Origin: Candidatus Multivoradales bacterium
Lineage (GTDB): Bacteria > Acidobacteriota > Thermoanaerobaculia > Multivoradales > J023
Direction of reading: 5' to 3'
Length of the DNA: 64,000 nt
Assembly (NCBI GenBank): GCA_965248925.1
Contig: CBDFLE010000006.1
Coordinates: 3,520,001 to 3,584,000, forward strand
Shown here: positions 9,496 to 19,652 of the stretch, piece after piece
Layout of the letters: each line of letters begins with the position of its first letter
How positions within the stretch are numbered: position 1 is the stretch's first letter
The notes under the pieces: model-generated
What the model saw: only the letters and a program-made list of their open reading frames with translations
Databases searched by the model: none
Told to the model about the DNA's origin: nothing
Translations under genes and position numbers: made by a program

Positions 9496-10200
9496 ATGCA
9501 GAACTCCCCACCACGGCACAACTCCTTCAAGCTCTTGCTCGGGCTAGCGATTGCCGGCGTTGGCGTCGCCGCGACGATCGACAAGTTTGACTTGTTCGAT
9601 CGCTGGAGGTTGGCCGAGCCCCTGTTCCAATTCTGGCCGTTGCTCTTCGTGCTAGTCGGCTTGGTAAAGTTGGTGGCGATTCCCGGTGAACGCTTCTCGG
9701 GCTTGGTTTTCACCCTGCTAGGTGGCTTCTTGTTGCTGAATTCGCTGACCGACCGAGTCAGCATTTCCGACCTGTGGCGGTTCTGGCCGGCGCTTTTGAT
9801 CTTGCTCGGCATCCGCTACGTCGTGCGCTCTTTTGGTGATCCTGAGTCGCGCTGGTTGGAGATCGAAGGCCCCCAGGCTCGCCAGCTCGGCCTGCTGACG
9901 GTGAGTCGTCGGCGGGCGACTTCACAGGTGTTTTCCGGCGGTGATTTGGTGGCTTTTATGGGTGGCTGTGAACTCGATTTGCGCGACGCTCGACCGGCCA
10001 CCAACGGCGCGGTGCTCGATGTCGTGGCGGTGTGGGGTGGCATCGAGGTGGTGGTGCCCAAAGGCTGGCAGGTCGATCTGCAAGTTGTGCCGGTGATGGG
10101 CGGGGCGGAAGACGAGACCAAAGTCTCGGCGGAGGATGTGGGTCACCGCTTGAAGATTCGCGGACTTGTCCTGATGGGGGGAGTTGAGGTTCACAACTAG
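9496..10200 (+). CDS. LiaF-like membrane protein (DUF5668 TM region plus DUF2154-like C-terminus)
   Basis: Two FWP-containing TM repeats; GG.ELDLR.A, WGGIEVVVP.GW and GLVLMGGVEV motifs. Confidence 0.8.
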   Translation: MQNSPPRHNSFKLLLGLAIAGVGVAATIDKFDLFDRWRLAEPLFQFWPLLFVLVGLVKLVAIPGERFSGLVFTLLGGFLLLNSLTDRVSISDLWRFWPALLILLGIRYVVRSFGDPESRWLEIEGPQARQLGLLTVSRRRATSQVFSGGDLVAFMGGCELDLRDARPATNGAVLDVVAVWGGIEVVVPKGWQVDLQVVPVMGGAEDETKVSAEDVGHRLKIRGLVLMGGVEVHN

Positions 10201-11405
10201 TGCATCCGGTTTTTGCCGCCCGTCGTCGCCTGGTGCTCTACCTCGCGAGTTGGTTACCCGCAGCGCTGCTGCTGGCGGTGTTGCTGGTGCAGGCTGGGGT
10301 TGGCTGGTCGGAAGCTCTGGTGCTGGCCTTCCCACTGGCCTTGGTCTATGCCTTCATCTGCTTGGCGGCCTGGTATCCGAGCCGGGCGGTGCCGCTGCGC
10401 CACGCTCTGCTCTGGCGGGTGGTCTCGGCACAGGCGCTGGCGGCCTTGCTCTCGAGTTCGATCTGGCAACTGGCCGGAGCCGGTTGGTCGCTACTTCTCG
10501 ATCGCAACAACATCTTCGCTGGCGCCTACTCCCGCTATACCGAGCGCCTGGCGCTGTTCTTCGTCTTTGGCCTACTGCTCTATCTGCTGGCAGCGGCGGC
10601 GAGCTATCTGGGAATTGCCTTTGAGAACTCTCGCGAGATTGAGAAAAAAGCGCTCGAAGCGCAACAGCGGGAAGCAATGGCGGCCCGTGAGTTGCAGCTT
10701 GGCCGGTCTTTACAGCGGCGCTTGCTGCCCCCTGAGAGCCGGCAGGGTCGCGATTTCGACTTGGCGGCTCGCAACCTGCCGGCACAGGGCGTCGCTGGTG
10801 ATTTCTATGACTACTTCACCCTCCCTGACGGTCGTCTGGCATTGGCGGTAGCCGACGTTTCAGGCAAGGGGATCGCCGCCAGTCTGGTGATGGCCAGCGT
10901 CAAGGCGGTGCTGCCGCTGCTCGCCGCTGAGCGTTCGGTGGTCGAAACCCTGGCCGAACTCAACCGACGCTTGGTGAAGGAACTCGAAGCTCGGGAGTTC
11001 GTTGCTCTGGCGCTGGCGTTCTTGGATCCTCGGGATGGCCGCTTAGAACTCGCCAATGCTGGCCTGCCGGATCCCTACTTGCTGCGCCTCGGCCTGCCGC
11101 CGACCCCTCTCGAGGTGCCGCAGCCGCGCTTGCCGCTCGGACTGCGAAAGGAAATCAACTACCGATCGCTGCAGGCTCGGCTAGGTGCCGGCGAACGGCT
11201 GCTGATGTTCACCGATGGATTGCCCGAAGCGCCGATCGAGGAGGGGGAGCCGTTGGGCTACGAGGCTTTGGCGGAGCTGGTGGCGAAGTCAGGGGGAACG
11301 CCGGATGTCTGGCTAGATGCTCTCTTGCGACGGGTCGAAGAGGCCACCTTGCCGCGTCGCGACGACGATTGGACGGCCTTGGTGGTGGAGCCGCGCTGTT
11401 CTTGA
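10200..11405 (+). CDS. Membrane-anchored PP2C/SpoIIE family phosphatase
   Basis: VAGDFYD, ADVSGKG, NAG, FTDGL.EA and DDWT motifs; about four N-terminal TM helices. Confidence 0.9.
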   Translation: MHPVFAARRRLVLYLASWLPAALLLAVLLVQAGVGWSEALVLAFPLALVYAFICLAAWYPSRAVPLRHALLWRVVSAQALAALLSSSIWQLAGAGWSLLLDRNNIFAGAYSRYTERLALFFVFGLLLYLLAAAASYLGIAFENSREIEKKALEAQQREAMAARELQLGRSLQRRLLPPESRQGRDFDLAARNLPAQGVAGDFYDYFTLPDGRLALAVADVSGKGIAASLVMASVKAVLPLLAAERSVVETLAELNRRLVKELEAREFVALALAFLDPRDGRLELANAGLPDPYLLRLGLPPTPLEVPQPRLPLGLRKEINYRSLQARLGAGERLLMFTDGLPEAPIEEGEPLGYEALAELVAKSGGTPDVWLDALLRRVEEATLPRRDDDWTALVVEPRCS

Positions 11406-11473
11406 GATGCACTGTTTCGCGATGTCTGACTCACGATGTCTGTATCGAGACGACCGACCCCTGGGCGGTCAAG

Positions 11474-11504
11474 AAAAAACGCCGCCTGGCTGGGACAGGC
11501 GGCG
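11474..11504 (-). terminator. Intrinsic terminator downstream of the spondin gene
   Basis: CGCCGCCTG-loop-CAGGCGGCG stem, with a six-A run on + (U-tract on -). Confidence 0.7.
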
Positions 11505-11568
11505 GATTTCGTTGGCACTTGATCAGAAAGTGCTACGAGTCAGATCATCTGAAGGAGTTCTTGCCGCG

Positions 11569-12228
11569 TCAGGGAATCTGGCGCAGGACGGTGATCTCGG
11601 CTACTGAATCGCGCCAGTCGTAGCTCGCAGTCTCCAGATCGCCGATGCCATGAATTCCACGGTGGATGTGGACAAAGCCTTCAGCGCCGTCGGTGTCGCG
11701 GACGAAGGGGTTGCCACACGGCGGCCCAGGGATGGTGGTGCAAGTCTCACTGTTGGCCTCGGTGCCGGAATCGTAGGCCGCCGCCTTGATCGAGGTGACC
11801 CGGTTGGCGCCTGTCACCCGGTAGTTGGACAGGCCGAAGAAGGCGTCGTTTGTGGTCACCAACATGCCGACGGCGCTGAGCCGGCTGTAGCGGCCGCCGG
11901 TGCGAACCTCAAGGGTTACCGACTGGCCTGGTAGGAGCGGGCCAGCGGCAACGGCGACATCGAGCACTTGGTCGTCGGCTTCGAGGGTTGCCACCAAAAG
12001 GCCGAAGTCGGCATCCTCGGCGAGCGCGGCGAGGCCGGGACTCGCCGGCTGGCCGGCACCGAAGAGCCGCACCTGATTGCTGTGACTTACGACCACCGGC
12101 GGGCCGATGATCTGGTTGTAAGTGGTGTTGGTGATGGTTACCTGGGTGGTGGTCTGAGCCCAAGCCAGCGGCGCGGCGAACAGCGTGAGTAGCATTAGGA
12201 TGGCACAAGCAGGGATCTGACGACGCAT
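11569..12228 (-). CDS. Secreted spondin-domain (Spondin_N) protein
   Basis: Signal peptide; ASPGL..LAED, MLVTTNDAF and YDSGTEANSE motifs; GAGG upstream of ATG 12228. Confidence 0.87.
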   Translation of the reverse strand: MRRQIPACAILMLLTLFAAPLAWAQTTTQVTITNTTYNQIIGPPVVVSHSNQVRLFGAGQPASPGLAALAEDADFGLLVATLEADDQVLDVAVAAGPLLPGQSVTLEVRTGGRYSRLSAVGMLVTTNDAFFGLSNYRVTGANRVTSIKAAAYDSGTEANSETCTTIPGPPCGNPFVRDTDGAEGFVHIHRGIHGIGDLETASYDWRDSVAEITVLRQIP

Positions 12229-12343
12229 GATTCTGACCTCTCTCAGTTGCTTCAAGCCACCTCATGAGTAACGGCGGCGGAGTCTCAATTTCAGCGGTCA
12301 CCGGCGGAGCCGCCGATAACTTGAAGAGCTTTCCAGCGGGCGC

Positions 12344-12402
12344 TCACACCGCCGTCACGCATTCCTCACATTTCGTTCCGCAGTTCTCACGAAAGAGTCA
12401 CG
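12344..12402 (-). promoter_or_regulatory. Array of helically phased TCAC half-sites, putative OmpR/PhoB-family operator
   Basis: TCAC at 12344, 12355, 12366, (TCCG at 12377), 12387 and 12398, i.e. 10-11 bp spacing, upstream of the spondin gene. Confidence 0.6.
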
Positions 12403-12478
12403 GAAAGTGAGCGTTGGCTGGGGGGCGGAGTTGTTCTTGTGAAAAGATGCAGGAGGAGTTCTGCTAGATGGTGAAGCA

Positions 12479-14185
12479 ATGAGTATCGACCCGGAAACCA
12501 ACCCAAGATTGTTGCTCATGCCGGAGAAGGAAGTCGAGGCGCTGCGGGTTTTTGCCCACGTCAACGCTGAAAAAGCGACCCTCTACCGGGCGGTGATGGT
12601 CGCCTTTGCGCTGGCCAAGAAGCGTTTTGCGCTGCACTTACGGCCGGCGGATGTGGTGGCGATTCTCGGCGACGGAGCGCCGCCGGTCGAACTCGCTGAG
12701 GTTGAAACCGCTCTCGATCAACTCCGTAAGTGGGGAAATCTTGAGGCTCATCCGGATACCGCGGATGTCGCCACCGTGGACGACTTCTACCGCCCCCGCT
12801 TTCTTTTTCAGCTGACTCCCGCGGGTGAGGCGGCGGAGCGTGCCCTGGAAGTTTTCAGTGAGGAGCTGGCCAAGCCCGGGGAACTCAAGGCTGCGGCCCT
12901 GGCCGATATCGGAGCCCTGCTCGCAGAGCTTGAGGAGCTGGCCAGCGCCGAGCCTCTCGATGAGGGCAAAGCACACCGCACTCTTGAGGCATTGCGCGCC
13001 CGCTTTGATGAACTCACCGCCAGAGCACAGACCTTCATCGCCGGCTTGCAGCGAACCATCGATCTGCACGGTATTTCAGTGGCCGATTTCCTCGCCTACA
13101 AGGAGCTGTTGATCGACTATTTGGAGCGCTTCATCGGTGACCTGATCCTGGCGACCCACGGCATCGCTCTATCGCTCGGGCGTCTCGAAGAAGCCGGCGT
13201 CGAAGAGTTGCTGGCTAAGGTAGCGCGGCGCGAGTTGGCCGATGCGATGAACGCGACCGAGGACGATCAGCGGCGGTCGAGGATGGTCTGGCAAGAGCGA
13301 TGGGCCGGCCTGCGTGGGTGGTTTATTGGACGGCCAGCCGCCCCGTCGCAGGCAGAGATTCTGCGAGCTCGCGCCCGCGCCGCGATCCCGGCGTTGCTCG
13401 GCGCGGTGGCGGCGATCCACGATCGGCGGGTGTCGCGCAGCGATCGGGTGGCCGACCTGCGCACCCTGGCTGGCTGGTTCGCCGAGGCCGACAATGAGAC
13501 CGACGCCCACCGCTTGTGGCGGGCCGCTTTCGCCCTCTCCCCAGCCCGCCACCTCAAAATTGACGCGGCCACTTTGGACGCCCGCGAGAACGAGCCGGTG
13601 CCGCCCCGCACCAGTTGGTTCGACGCCCCGCCGATCGAGATCCTGCCCAGGCTGCGCAAGACCGGTCGTTATGTTCGCCGGGGGCAATCCGGCAAGGTGA
13701 TCGATCGCACCAAGGAGAAGGCCCTTCTGGCGCTGGCCGCCGAGGCCGAAGCGCGGCAGATCGCCGCCGCCCGCCGCCGACTGGCAACCGGCCGACGGCT
13801 GCGTCTGGGTGAGCTGGGAGACCTCGATCCGGCCGAATTCGGGCTCTTTCTCGATGTCCTAGGAGCCGCCCTGGCGCAACGCAGTCAGCCCGGGGAGACG
13901 GTAACGGCAAGCTCCAGCGATGGCTCGGTCGAGATCCTGCTGGAGCCGACAGGCGATGGTCGGGAGGCGAGGTTGGAGACAAGTTTTGGCCGCTTCTCGG
14001 GGGAAGATCATTTCGTCACCCTGACCGATCTGCTGCAAGACGTGGTCGAGGACAAGGTCGCTGGGCAGGCGGCGAGCGAGCTGCCGGCGGATCGGCAAGC
14101 CACGGCCAGAATGGCGGCGGCGGTCGCTAGCGCCTCTGGCGCCTCAGATCAGCTACCAACTCGGGACGCAGGAGATGCACAGTGA
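12479..14185 (+). CDS. jetA: Wadjet JetA (TIGR02677/DUF2397 family, kleisin-like)
   Basis: LYRAVM.AF, L.KWGNL.A.PDT..V.TV.DF and FLAYK..LIDYLERFI motifs; first gene of a tightly overlapping four-gene operon. Confidence 0.9.
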   Translation: MSIDPETNPRLLLMPEKEVEALRVFAHVNAEKATLYRAVMVAFALAKKRFALHLRPADVVAILGDGAPPVELAEVETALDQLRKWGNLEAHPDTADVATVDDFYRPRFLFQLTPAGEAAERALEVFSEELAKPGELKAAALADIGALLAELEELASAEPLDEGKAHRTLEALRARFDELTARAQTFIAGLQRTIDLHGISVADFLAYKELLIDYLERFIGDLILATHGIALSLGRLEEAGVEELLAKVARRELADAMNATEDDQRRSRMVWQERWAGLRGWFIGRPAAPSQAEILRARARAAIPALLGAVAAIHDRRVSRSDRVADLRTLAGWFAEADNETDAHRLWRAAFALSPARHLKIDAATLDARENEPVPPRTSWFDAPPIEILPRLRKTGRYVRRGQSGKVIDRTKEKALLALAAEAEARQIAAARRRLATGRRLRLGELGDLDPAEFGLFLDVLGAALAQRSQPGETVTASSSDGSVEILLEPTGDGREARLETSFGRFSGEDHFVTLTDLLQDVVEDKVAGQAASELPADRQATARMAAAVASASGASDQLPTRDAGDAQ

Positions 14186-15468
14186 GTCCGTTGCAAGTCA
14201 CTACCGCGACCGAGCAGATTGGCGGCGTTGTCACCGAGCGCGTCGATGCGGCGACTCGTGGCGAGCGTCGGCGGGCGTTGCGGGCTCTCCTGATGGAGCC
14301 GTTGTTGACCGCCGGCGGAACTCGGGCCGCCGAGTTCGGCCTGGTGCGTCGCCATGCCATCTGGCTGCAGGAGTGGCTGTCGCGGCACCCCGGTTGGACC
14401 TTGACCGTCGACAGCGAAGTGGCACGCCTGCGCAAGACGCCAGCCGACCTCAGCGACGGCAGCCGGCCGGCACGCGACTCGAAGAGCAAGGCGCCGTTCT
14501 CGCGTCGTCGATACGTGCTGCTCTGTCTGGCGCTGGCGGCGTTGGAGCGCTCGGACCGGCAGACCACCCTGGAGCATCTGGCCAAAGCGATCCTGTCGTT
14601 CTTTGCCGAGGATCCGGAGTTGGCGCAGGCCGGCGTGACCTTCGACCTCGGGGGCCGAGATCAGCGCCGCGACCTAGTGCAAGCGGTGCGTTTGCTGCTC
14701 GATCTACGGGTGCTGATCAAGGTGCAAGGTGAGGAACAGCAATACCTTGACGCCAGCGGCGATGTGCTCTACAACATCTCTCGGCCGGTTCTCGCCGCGA
14801 TCCTCAACGTTCGTCGGGGTCCTTCGACCATCGCGGAGGAGGATTTTGATCTGCGTCTCGCGGCACTGACCGAAGAGCCGCTGTCGGACTCGGCAGAGGG
14901 TAGCAATCGCCGCCTACGTTCCCGCCTCACTCGCCGCTTACTGGACGACCCGCTGGTGTACTACGAGGATCTGAGCGAGGACGAGCTGACCTATCTCCAC
15001 AGCCAGCGGCCGTTCCTCATCCGCCGCATCCACCGTGCCACCGGTTTGCATGCGGAGGTGCGGGCTGAAGGCTTGGCGCTGGTCGATGAACGAGGTGACC
15101 TGAGTGATCTCGGCTTGCCCGAACAGGGCACCGACGGCCATCTCACCCTGCTCCTCGCCGAGTACCTCGCCGCTTCCAAGGGCACGGCAGCGGCGGTGGA
15201 AGTCAGCCGCACGGCCCTCGATCGCCACACCGCCCGGCTGATCACCAAGTATGGTCGGCACTGGCGTCGCGACGTTGCCGAGCCCGGCGCCGAGGTGGCG
15301 CTCACCGAGCGGGTGCTAGATCGGCTCGAGGCTCTGCGCCTGCTGCGGCGTATCCCCGACGGAGTGGTGCCGTTGGCCGCAATCGCCCGCTTCGCCCTGG
15401 TTGAGCCAGAGTCGCGCTTGCCGACGACCGCTCTCTTGCCTGGTTTTGAACCTCAGGAAGAGTCATGA
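14182..15468 (+). CDS. jetB: Wadjet JetB (TIGR02678/DUF2398 family, KITE)
   Basis: RALL..PLL, RRRYVLLCLALA.LE, RRLLDDP.VYY.DL and E.RAEG.ALVD motifs. Confidence 0.9.
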   Translation: MSPLQVTTATEQIGGVVTERVDAATRGERRRALRALLMEPLLTAGGTRAAEFGLVRRHAIWLQEWLSRHPGWTLTVDSEVARLRKTPADLSDGSRPARDSKSKAPFSRRRYVLLCLALAALERSDRQTTLEHLAKAILSFFAEDPELAQAGVTFDLGGRDQRRDLVQAVRLLLDLRVLIKVQGEEQQYLDASGDVLYNISRPVLAAILNVRRGPSTIAEEDFDLRLAALTEEPLSDSAEGSNRRLRSRLTRRLLDDPLVYYEDLSEDELTYLHSQRPFLIRRIHRATGLHAEVRAEGLALVDERGDLSDLGLPEQGTDGHLTLLLAEYLAASKGTAAAVEVSRTALDRHTARLITKYGRHWRRDVAEPGAEVALTERVLDRLEALRLLRRIPDGVVPLAAIARFALVEPESRLPTTALLPGFEPQEES

Positions 15469-18400
15469 GTGGCGGCCCAGAAAGAGGTCGCTTGCTGGCT
15501 GCCAGCGCGGTGGATGGTGAAGTCTGTGCCGACTCCTTGCCTCGGCCACAGCGGCAGCGTTGGCAGCCCTTGCGCAGCGGCTTGTTGAACCTCTATCGCT
15601 ACGACTACGAAGAGTTCCACTTCGAGGACGGCCACCTGCTGCTGCGCGGCCACAACGGCACCGGAAAATCCCGAGTTCTGGCTTTGCAACTGCCTTTTCT
15701 CTTCGATGGCGACGTTTCCTCATACCGGATGGAGCCCGACCGCGATCCCGCCAAGCGGGTCGAGTGGAACCTGCTGCTCGGCCGCCACGACCAGCGCCTG
15801 GGCTACACCTGGCTGGAGTTCGGTCGCCGTGATGAGGCCGGCGAGGAGCACTACCTGACTCTTGGTTGCGGTCTGCGGGCGGTGGTTGGCCGCGGGCTGG
15901 TCGGCAAGTGGCTGTTTCTTACCCGCCAGCGTATCGGCCGAGATCTCTTCCTGCAGAGCGCTTCCGGCCATGCTCTGTATCGCCGTTCGCTCGAAGAGCA
16001 GATCGGCAACCAGGGAGAGGTCTTCGCCACCGCTCGCCAATATCGCCGGGCGGTCGATAACGCCCTTTTCAAACTGGGTGAGCAGCGTTACGCCGCGCTG
16101 GTGGATCTATTGATTCAGCTGCGTCAGCCGCAGCTGTCGCGGGAACTCGACGAGTCGCGGCTCTCGGCCGCCCTCTCCGAGGCGCTGCCGCCCCTGTCGG
16201 CGGCGGTGCTCGACGATATCGCCGAGGCTTTTCGCGGTCTCGAAGACGAACGCCAGGCGGTGGAGCATCTGCTCGCGGCGGGTACCGGGGCGGGCAAGTT
16301 TCTCGAGCACTACGAGCCCTACGCCAGGGTCGCGGCGCGGCGCCGCGCCGAAGCGGTGCGCAAGACCCACGCCGCCTACGAGAGTGTAATGCGACGGCTG
16401 CGCGACGCCGAGCGGCGGTTCGAGGTCGCTAGCGAGGAGCTCGCGGAGACCCGCGCCGAGCATCAGCGGCTGACCCTCGCCGAGCGCGAGGCGGGGGCCC
16501 GGGTCCAGGCCCTGGCGGCGAGTCCAGAAATGCGTGACGCCGATGCTCTCGACGCCGCTCGCCGGCTGGCGTCAGAGCGTCAGCAGACGGCTCACCGGGC
16601 GGCCGAGGATCATCGCTCTGCGGTTGTCACTCAAGAAGCCCAAGCGGACCAACTCGACAACGATCGGGCGGCCACCAGCGAGGCTCGGGACGAAGTCGAA
16701 GCGCAGCTTCATGCAGCAGCCGCTCAGGCAGAAAAGGTTGGCCTCGGCCGTCACCACGGCGCGGCCATCAATCGCCTCGGCCTGCCGGAAGGCGGCGAAA
16801 TCGAAGGGCTTTCAGTTGCTCGCCAGAGTCTTGAGGAGGCGCATCAGCGGCAGCGCCAAAGCGCCGAACACTTGCACCAGCTGGTGCGGACGGCAGCAGC
16901 GGCGGCCGACTCTCTCCGGGTGGCGAAGCGGGCCCAAACCGCCCAGGCCGCTGAGCTTGATGAAGCCCGGCGCGGCGAGCGTGCCGCCCATGTCGCCCGC
17001 GCTGCCGCTACCGACAGCTTGCTCGGCGACTATCGGCAGTGGGTGGCAAGCTGTGTCGAGCTGCAACCCGGAGAGGAAGAAGATCTTGCCGGGGAGTTGA
17101 GGGAATGGAGCCAGGTCGGTGGCGGCCCCAGTCCGTTACGGCAGGCCGCGCGAAGGGCCGAGATGGCGGCTGAAGCCCGCCTCGCTGGCCTGGAAGCTGG
17201 CCTTGAGCGACAGCGCTCGACGCTGGAGGAGGAGCTTGCGGCCCTCACCGCCGAGCAACAAGACTTTCGCCGTGGTATCCATCGACCACCGCTGGCGCCG
17301 CACACTCGGGAAGAGGCGGTGCGAGAAAGCCGTCGCGGAGCGCCGCTGTGGCAGCTCTGCGACTTTCAAGCTGGGGCAGATCCGGCGACCCGGGCCGGGC
17401 TCGAGGCGGCACTCGAGGCCGCCAGCTTGCTCGATGCCTGGTTGACCCCCGCCGGTCGCTTGCTCGATGCAGGCGATGAGAGCGTGCCCCAGGACACCTT
17501 GTTGGCAGCCGACCGCTCGGCGCAGCCTGAGCACACTCTCGCCGAGGTTTTGCGACCGGTGCCACCGCCGGACGGTGGCGAACCAGAGGTGCCGGTGGCG
17601 ACCGTCGAGGCGGTGTTGCGTTGCATCGGTCTGGGCAGTGGGCAGGGGGATGTTTGGGTCGATCCGGTGGGACAGTGGCGGGTCGGCCCGCTCTTCGGCC
17701 GTTGGCAAAAACCGCGAGCGCAACACCTCGGCGCGGAGGCTCGGGAGCAAGAGCGACGCCAGCGACTGGCAGATCTCGAGGCGGCGCTCGAAGCTGGCAG
17801 AGCAGACCTGGCTGCTCTACGCGAGGAACTCTCCGCGGTCGCTGATCGCCGTGCTGGCACGCAGCGCGAGGCGGCGCTGGCGCCGATCGCGGCGGCGGTG
17901 CGCAGAGCCCTGGCGGAGATCACCGCGAGGGCTGCCGAAGTAGACCGCTGCCGCGGTCGTTTGGCCACCGCTGAGAGTGCCGTGGCGATGGAGCGTCGAG
18001 CGTCCACCGTGGCTGATCAACAACGTCTGCGAACCGCTGAAGATCTGGGCCTGAGTGCCTGGGCGGCGGTTCCTCGAGAGCTCTCCGAGTGCCTGGGCGC
18101 ATATCGAGAGATCCTCGCTGAGCTGTGGCCGACGGCGCGGAGCTGGTGGGCGGTCCGACAGCAGGTAGCGAACTCTGAGGAACGGGCGACCTGGGCGCGA
18201 TCCGAGGTCGAGCGCTGCTCCGAGCAGCGCCTACGAACTGAGCAGCAAGCCCGAATGGCGGCTGCTGAGCGCGACACCCTCGCCGCGGCGGTGGGGGCCA
18301 ATGTTGAAGAAATCCTCGCCCGTCTCGAGCACGCCCGGCGGCAGGTCGAGGAGCTGCGCAAGCAGCGCGAAGAGGTTGTCGGCGCAGAGCAGGAACTCGG

Positions 18401-19652
18401 AGTGGAGCGGGTTCGCCAAGAGGGGTTGATCGACTCCGGCCGCCGGCTGCTCGAGCAGGAGGATCAATCTCGGGCGCTGGCCATCATGGCTTTGCGCAGC
18501 TATGTTGAGACCGGACTTGGGGTGGTGGCGATCGAGGGGCTCGAGGTTGGGGATCCAGCGCAGTGGTCGGCCACTCATGCGGTAGAGGTAGCCCGTGAGA
18601 TGGAGGGCAAGCTCTCCTCGGTGGACAGCGATGAGGAGGCCTGGCGGCGTCATCAGCGGGCAATTCACAGTCATTTTCAGGGTCTTTGCGAGAGCCTTCT
18701 GCGCCTGGGCTACCAACCCTCCGCGACCACCGAGCACGATCTCTTCCTGGTCACGGTGCCGTTCCAGGGCAATCTTTTCACCATGGCCGAGCTGCACCAA
18801 GCGCTCTCCGCCGAGCGTGACGCGCGGCAGGCGGTGCTCGCAGCTCGCGAGCAGGAGGTGCTTGAGAACCACCTCCTCGGCGAGGTGGCCGCCCATCTTC
18901 ACGGCCGCCTACGGGCAGCGGAAGAACTGGTGCGGGATATGAACGAAGAACTCCAGGAGCGGCCGATGAGCACCGGCATGACGCTGCGTTTCGTCTGGCG
19001 GCCCGATGCGGACGACCCCGAGAACCTGGCGGCTCGACGGCTCTTGCTTGGCGCCAGTGGCACCTGGTCGCCAGAAGATCGCCAGCGGCTGGGCAGCTTT
19101 TTGCACCGGCTGTTAGACCAGGAGCGCAGTGAGAACGACATCGGCACTTGGCGAGAGCATCTCGAACAAGCCTTCGACTACCGCCAGTGGCACCGCTTTG
19201 GGGTCGAGCGGCAGCAGGACGGACGCTGGAAACGCCTCACCCGGCGAACTCACGGCACTGGCTCAGGAGGCGAGAAAGCGATCGCCCTGACCATGCCACA
19301 GTTCGCCGCCGCCGCTGCCCACTACCGCACCGCTGACCCGCTGGCGCCGCGGCTCATTTTGCTCGACGAGGCATTCGTTGGTGTCGATGCCGACATGCGT
19401 CGCAAGTGCATGGATTTGCTGACTGCTTTCGATCTCGATTTCATGATGACCAGCGAGCGCGAATGGGGCTGCTACGACACTCTGAAAGGGCTGTCGATTT
19501 ACCATCTTTCGGCCCGTCCCAACATCGCAGCAGTAGGGGTCAGCCGCTGGCTGTGGAACGGCCGGCGAAAAGTTCGTCAGTCAGCGCCGCTGGCGCCCTC
19601 GATGCCGCCAGCGGCGATCGATGCTGATTCGGATCCGGCAGCAGATGGATGA
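15465..19652 (+). CDS. jetC: Wadjet JetC (TIGR02680 family SMC-like ATPase)
   Basis: Walker A GHNGTGKS, long coiled coils, signature SGGE, Walker B LILLDEAF. Confidence 0.93.
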   Translation: MSGGPERGRLLAASAVDGEVCADSLPRPQRQRWQPLRSGLLNLYRYDYEEFHFEDGHLLLRGHNGTGKSRVLALQLPFLFDGDVSSYRMEPDRDPAKRVEWNLLLGRHDQRLGYTWLEFGRRDEAGEEHYLTLGCGLRAVVGRGLVGKWLFLTRQRIGRDLFLQSASGHALYRRSLEEQIGNQGEVFATARQYRRAVDNALFKLGEQRYAALVDLLIQLRQPQLSRELDESRLSAALSEALPPLSAAVLDDIAEAFRGLEDERQAVEHLLAAGTGAGKFLEHYEPYARVAARRRAEAVRKTHAAYESVMRRLRDAERRFEVASEELAETRAEHQRLTLAEREAGARVQALAASPEMRDADALDAARRLASERQQTAHRAAEDHRSAVVTQEAQADQLDNDRAATSEARDEVEAQLHAAAAQAEKVGLGRHHGAAINRLGLPEGGEIEGLSVARQSLEEAHQRQRQSAEHLHQLVRTAAAAADSLRVAKRAQTAQAAELDEARRGERAAHVARAAATDSLLGDYRQWVASCVELQPGEEEDLAGELREWSQVGGGPSPLRQAARRAEMAAEARLAGLEAGLERQRSTLEEELAALTAEQQDFRRGIHRPPLAPHTREEAVRESRRGAPLWQLCDFQAGADPATRAGLEAALEAASLLDAWLTPAGRLLDAGDESVPQDTLLAADRSAQPEHTLAEVLRPVPPPDGGEPEVPVATVEAVLRCIGLGSGQGDVWVDPVGQWRVGPLFGRWQKPRAQHLGAEAREQERRQRLADLEAALEAGRADLAALREELSAVADRRAGTQREAALAPIAAAVRRALAEITARAAEVDRCRGRLATAESAVAMERRASTVADQQRLRTAEDLGLSAWAAVPRELSECLGAYREILAELWPTARSWWAVRQQVANSEERATWARSEVERCSEQRLRTEQQARMAAAERDTLAAAVGANVEEILARLEHARRQVEELRKQREEVVGAEQELGVERVRQEGLIDSGRRLLEQEDQSRALAIMALRSYVETGLGVVAIEGLEVGDPAQWSATHAVEVAREMEGKLSSVDSDEEAWRRHQRAIHSHFQGLCESLLRLGYQPSATTEHDLFLVTVPFQGNLFTMAELHQALSAERDARQAVLAAREQEVLENHLLGEVAAHLHGRLRAAEELVRDMNEELQERPMSTGMTLRFVWRPDADDPENLAARRLLLGASGTWSPEDRQRLGSFLHRLLDQERSENDIGTWREHLEQAFDYRQWHRFGVERQQDGRWKRLTRRTHGTGSGGEKAIALTMPQFAAAAAHYRTADPLAPRLILLDEAFVGVDADMRRKCMDLLTAFDLDFMMTSEREWGCYDTLKGLSIYHLSARPNIAAVGVSRWLWNGRRKVRQSAPLAPSMPPAAIDADSDPAADG

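Noticed and set aside
7972-9519. 515-aa minus-strand ORF
   Set aside because: Antisense shadow of the DUF819 gene, expected in high-GC DNA; no motifs.
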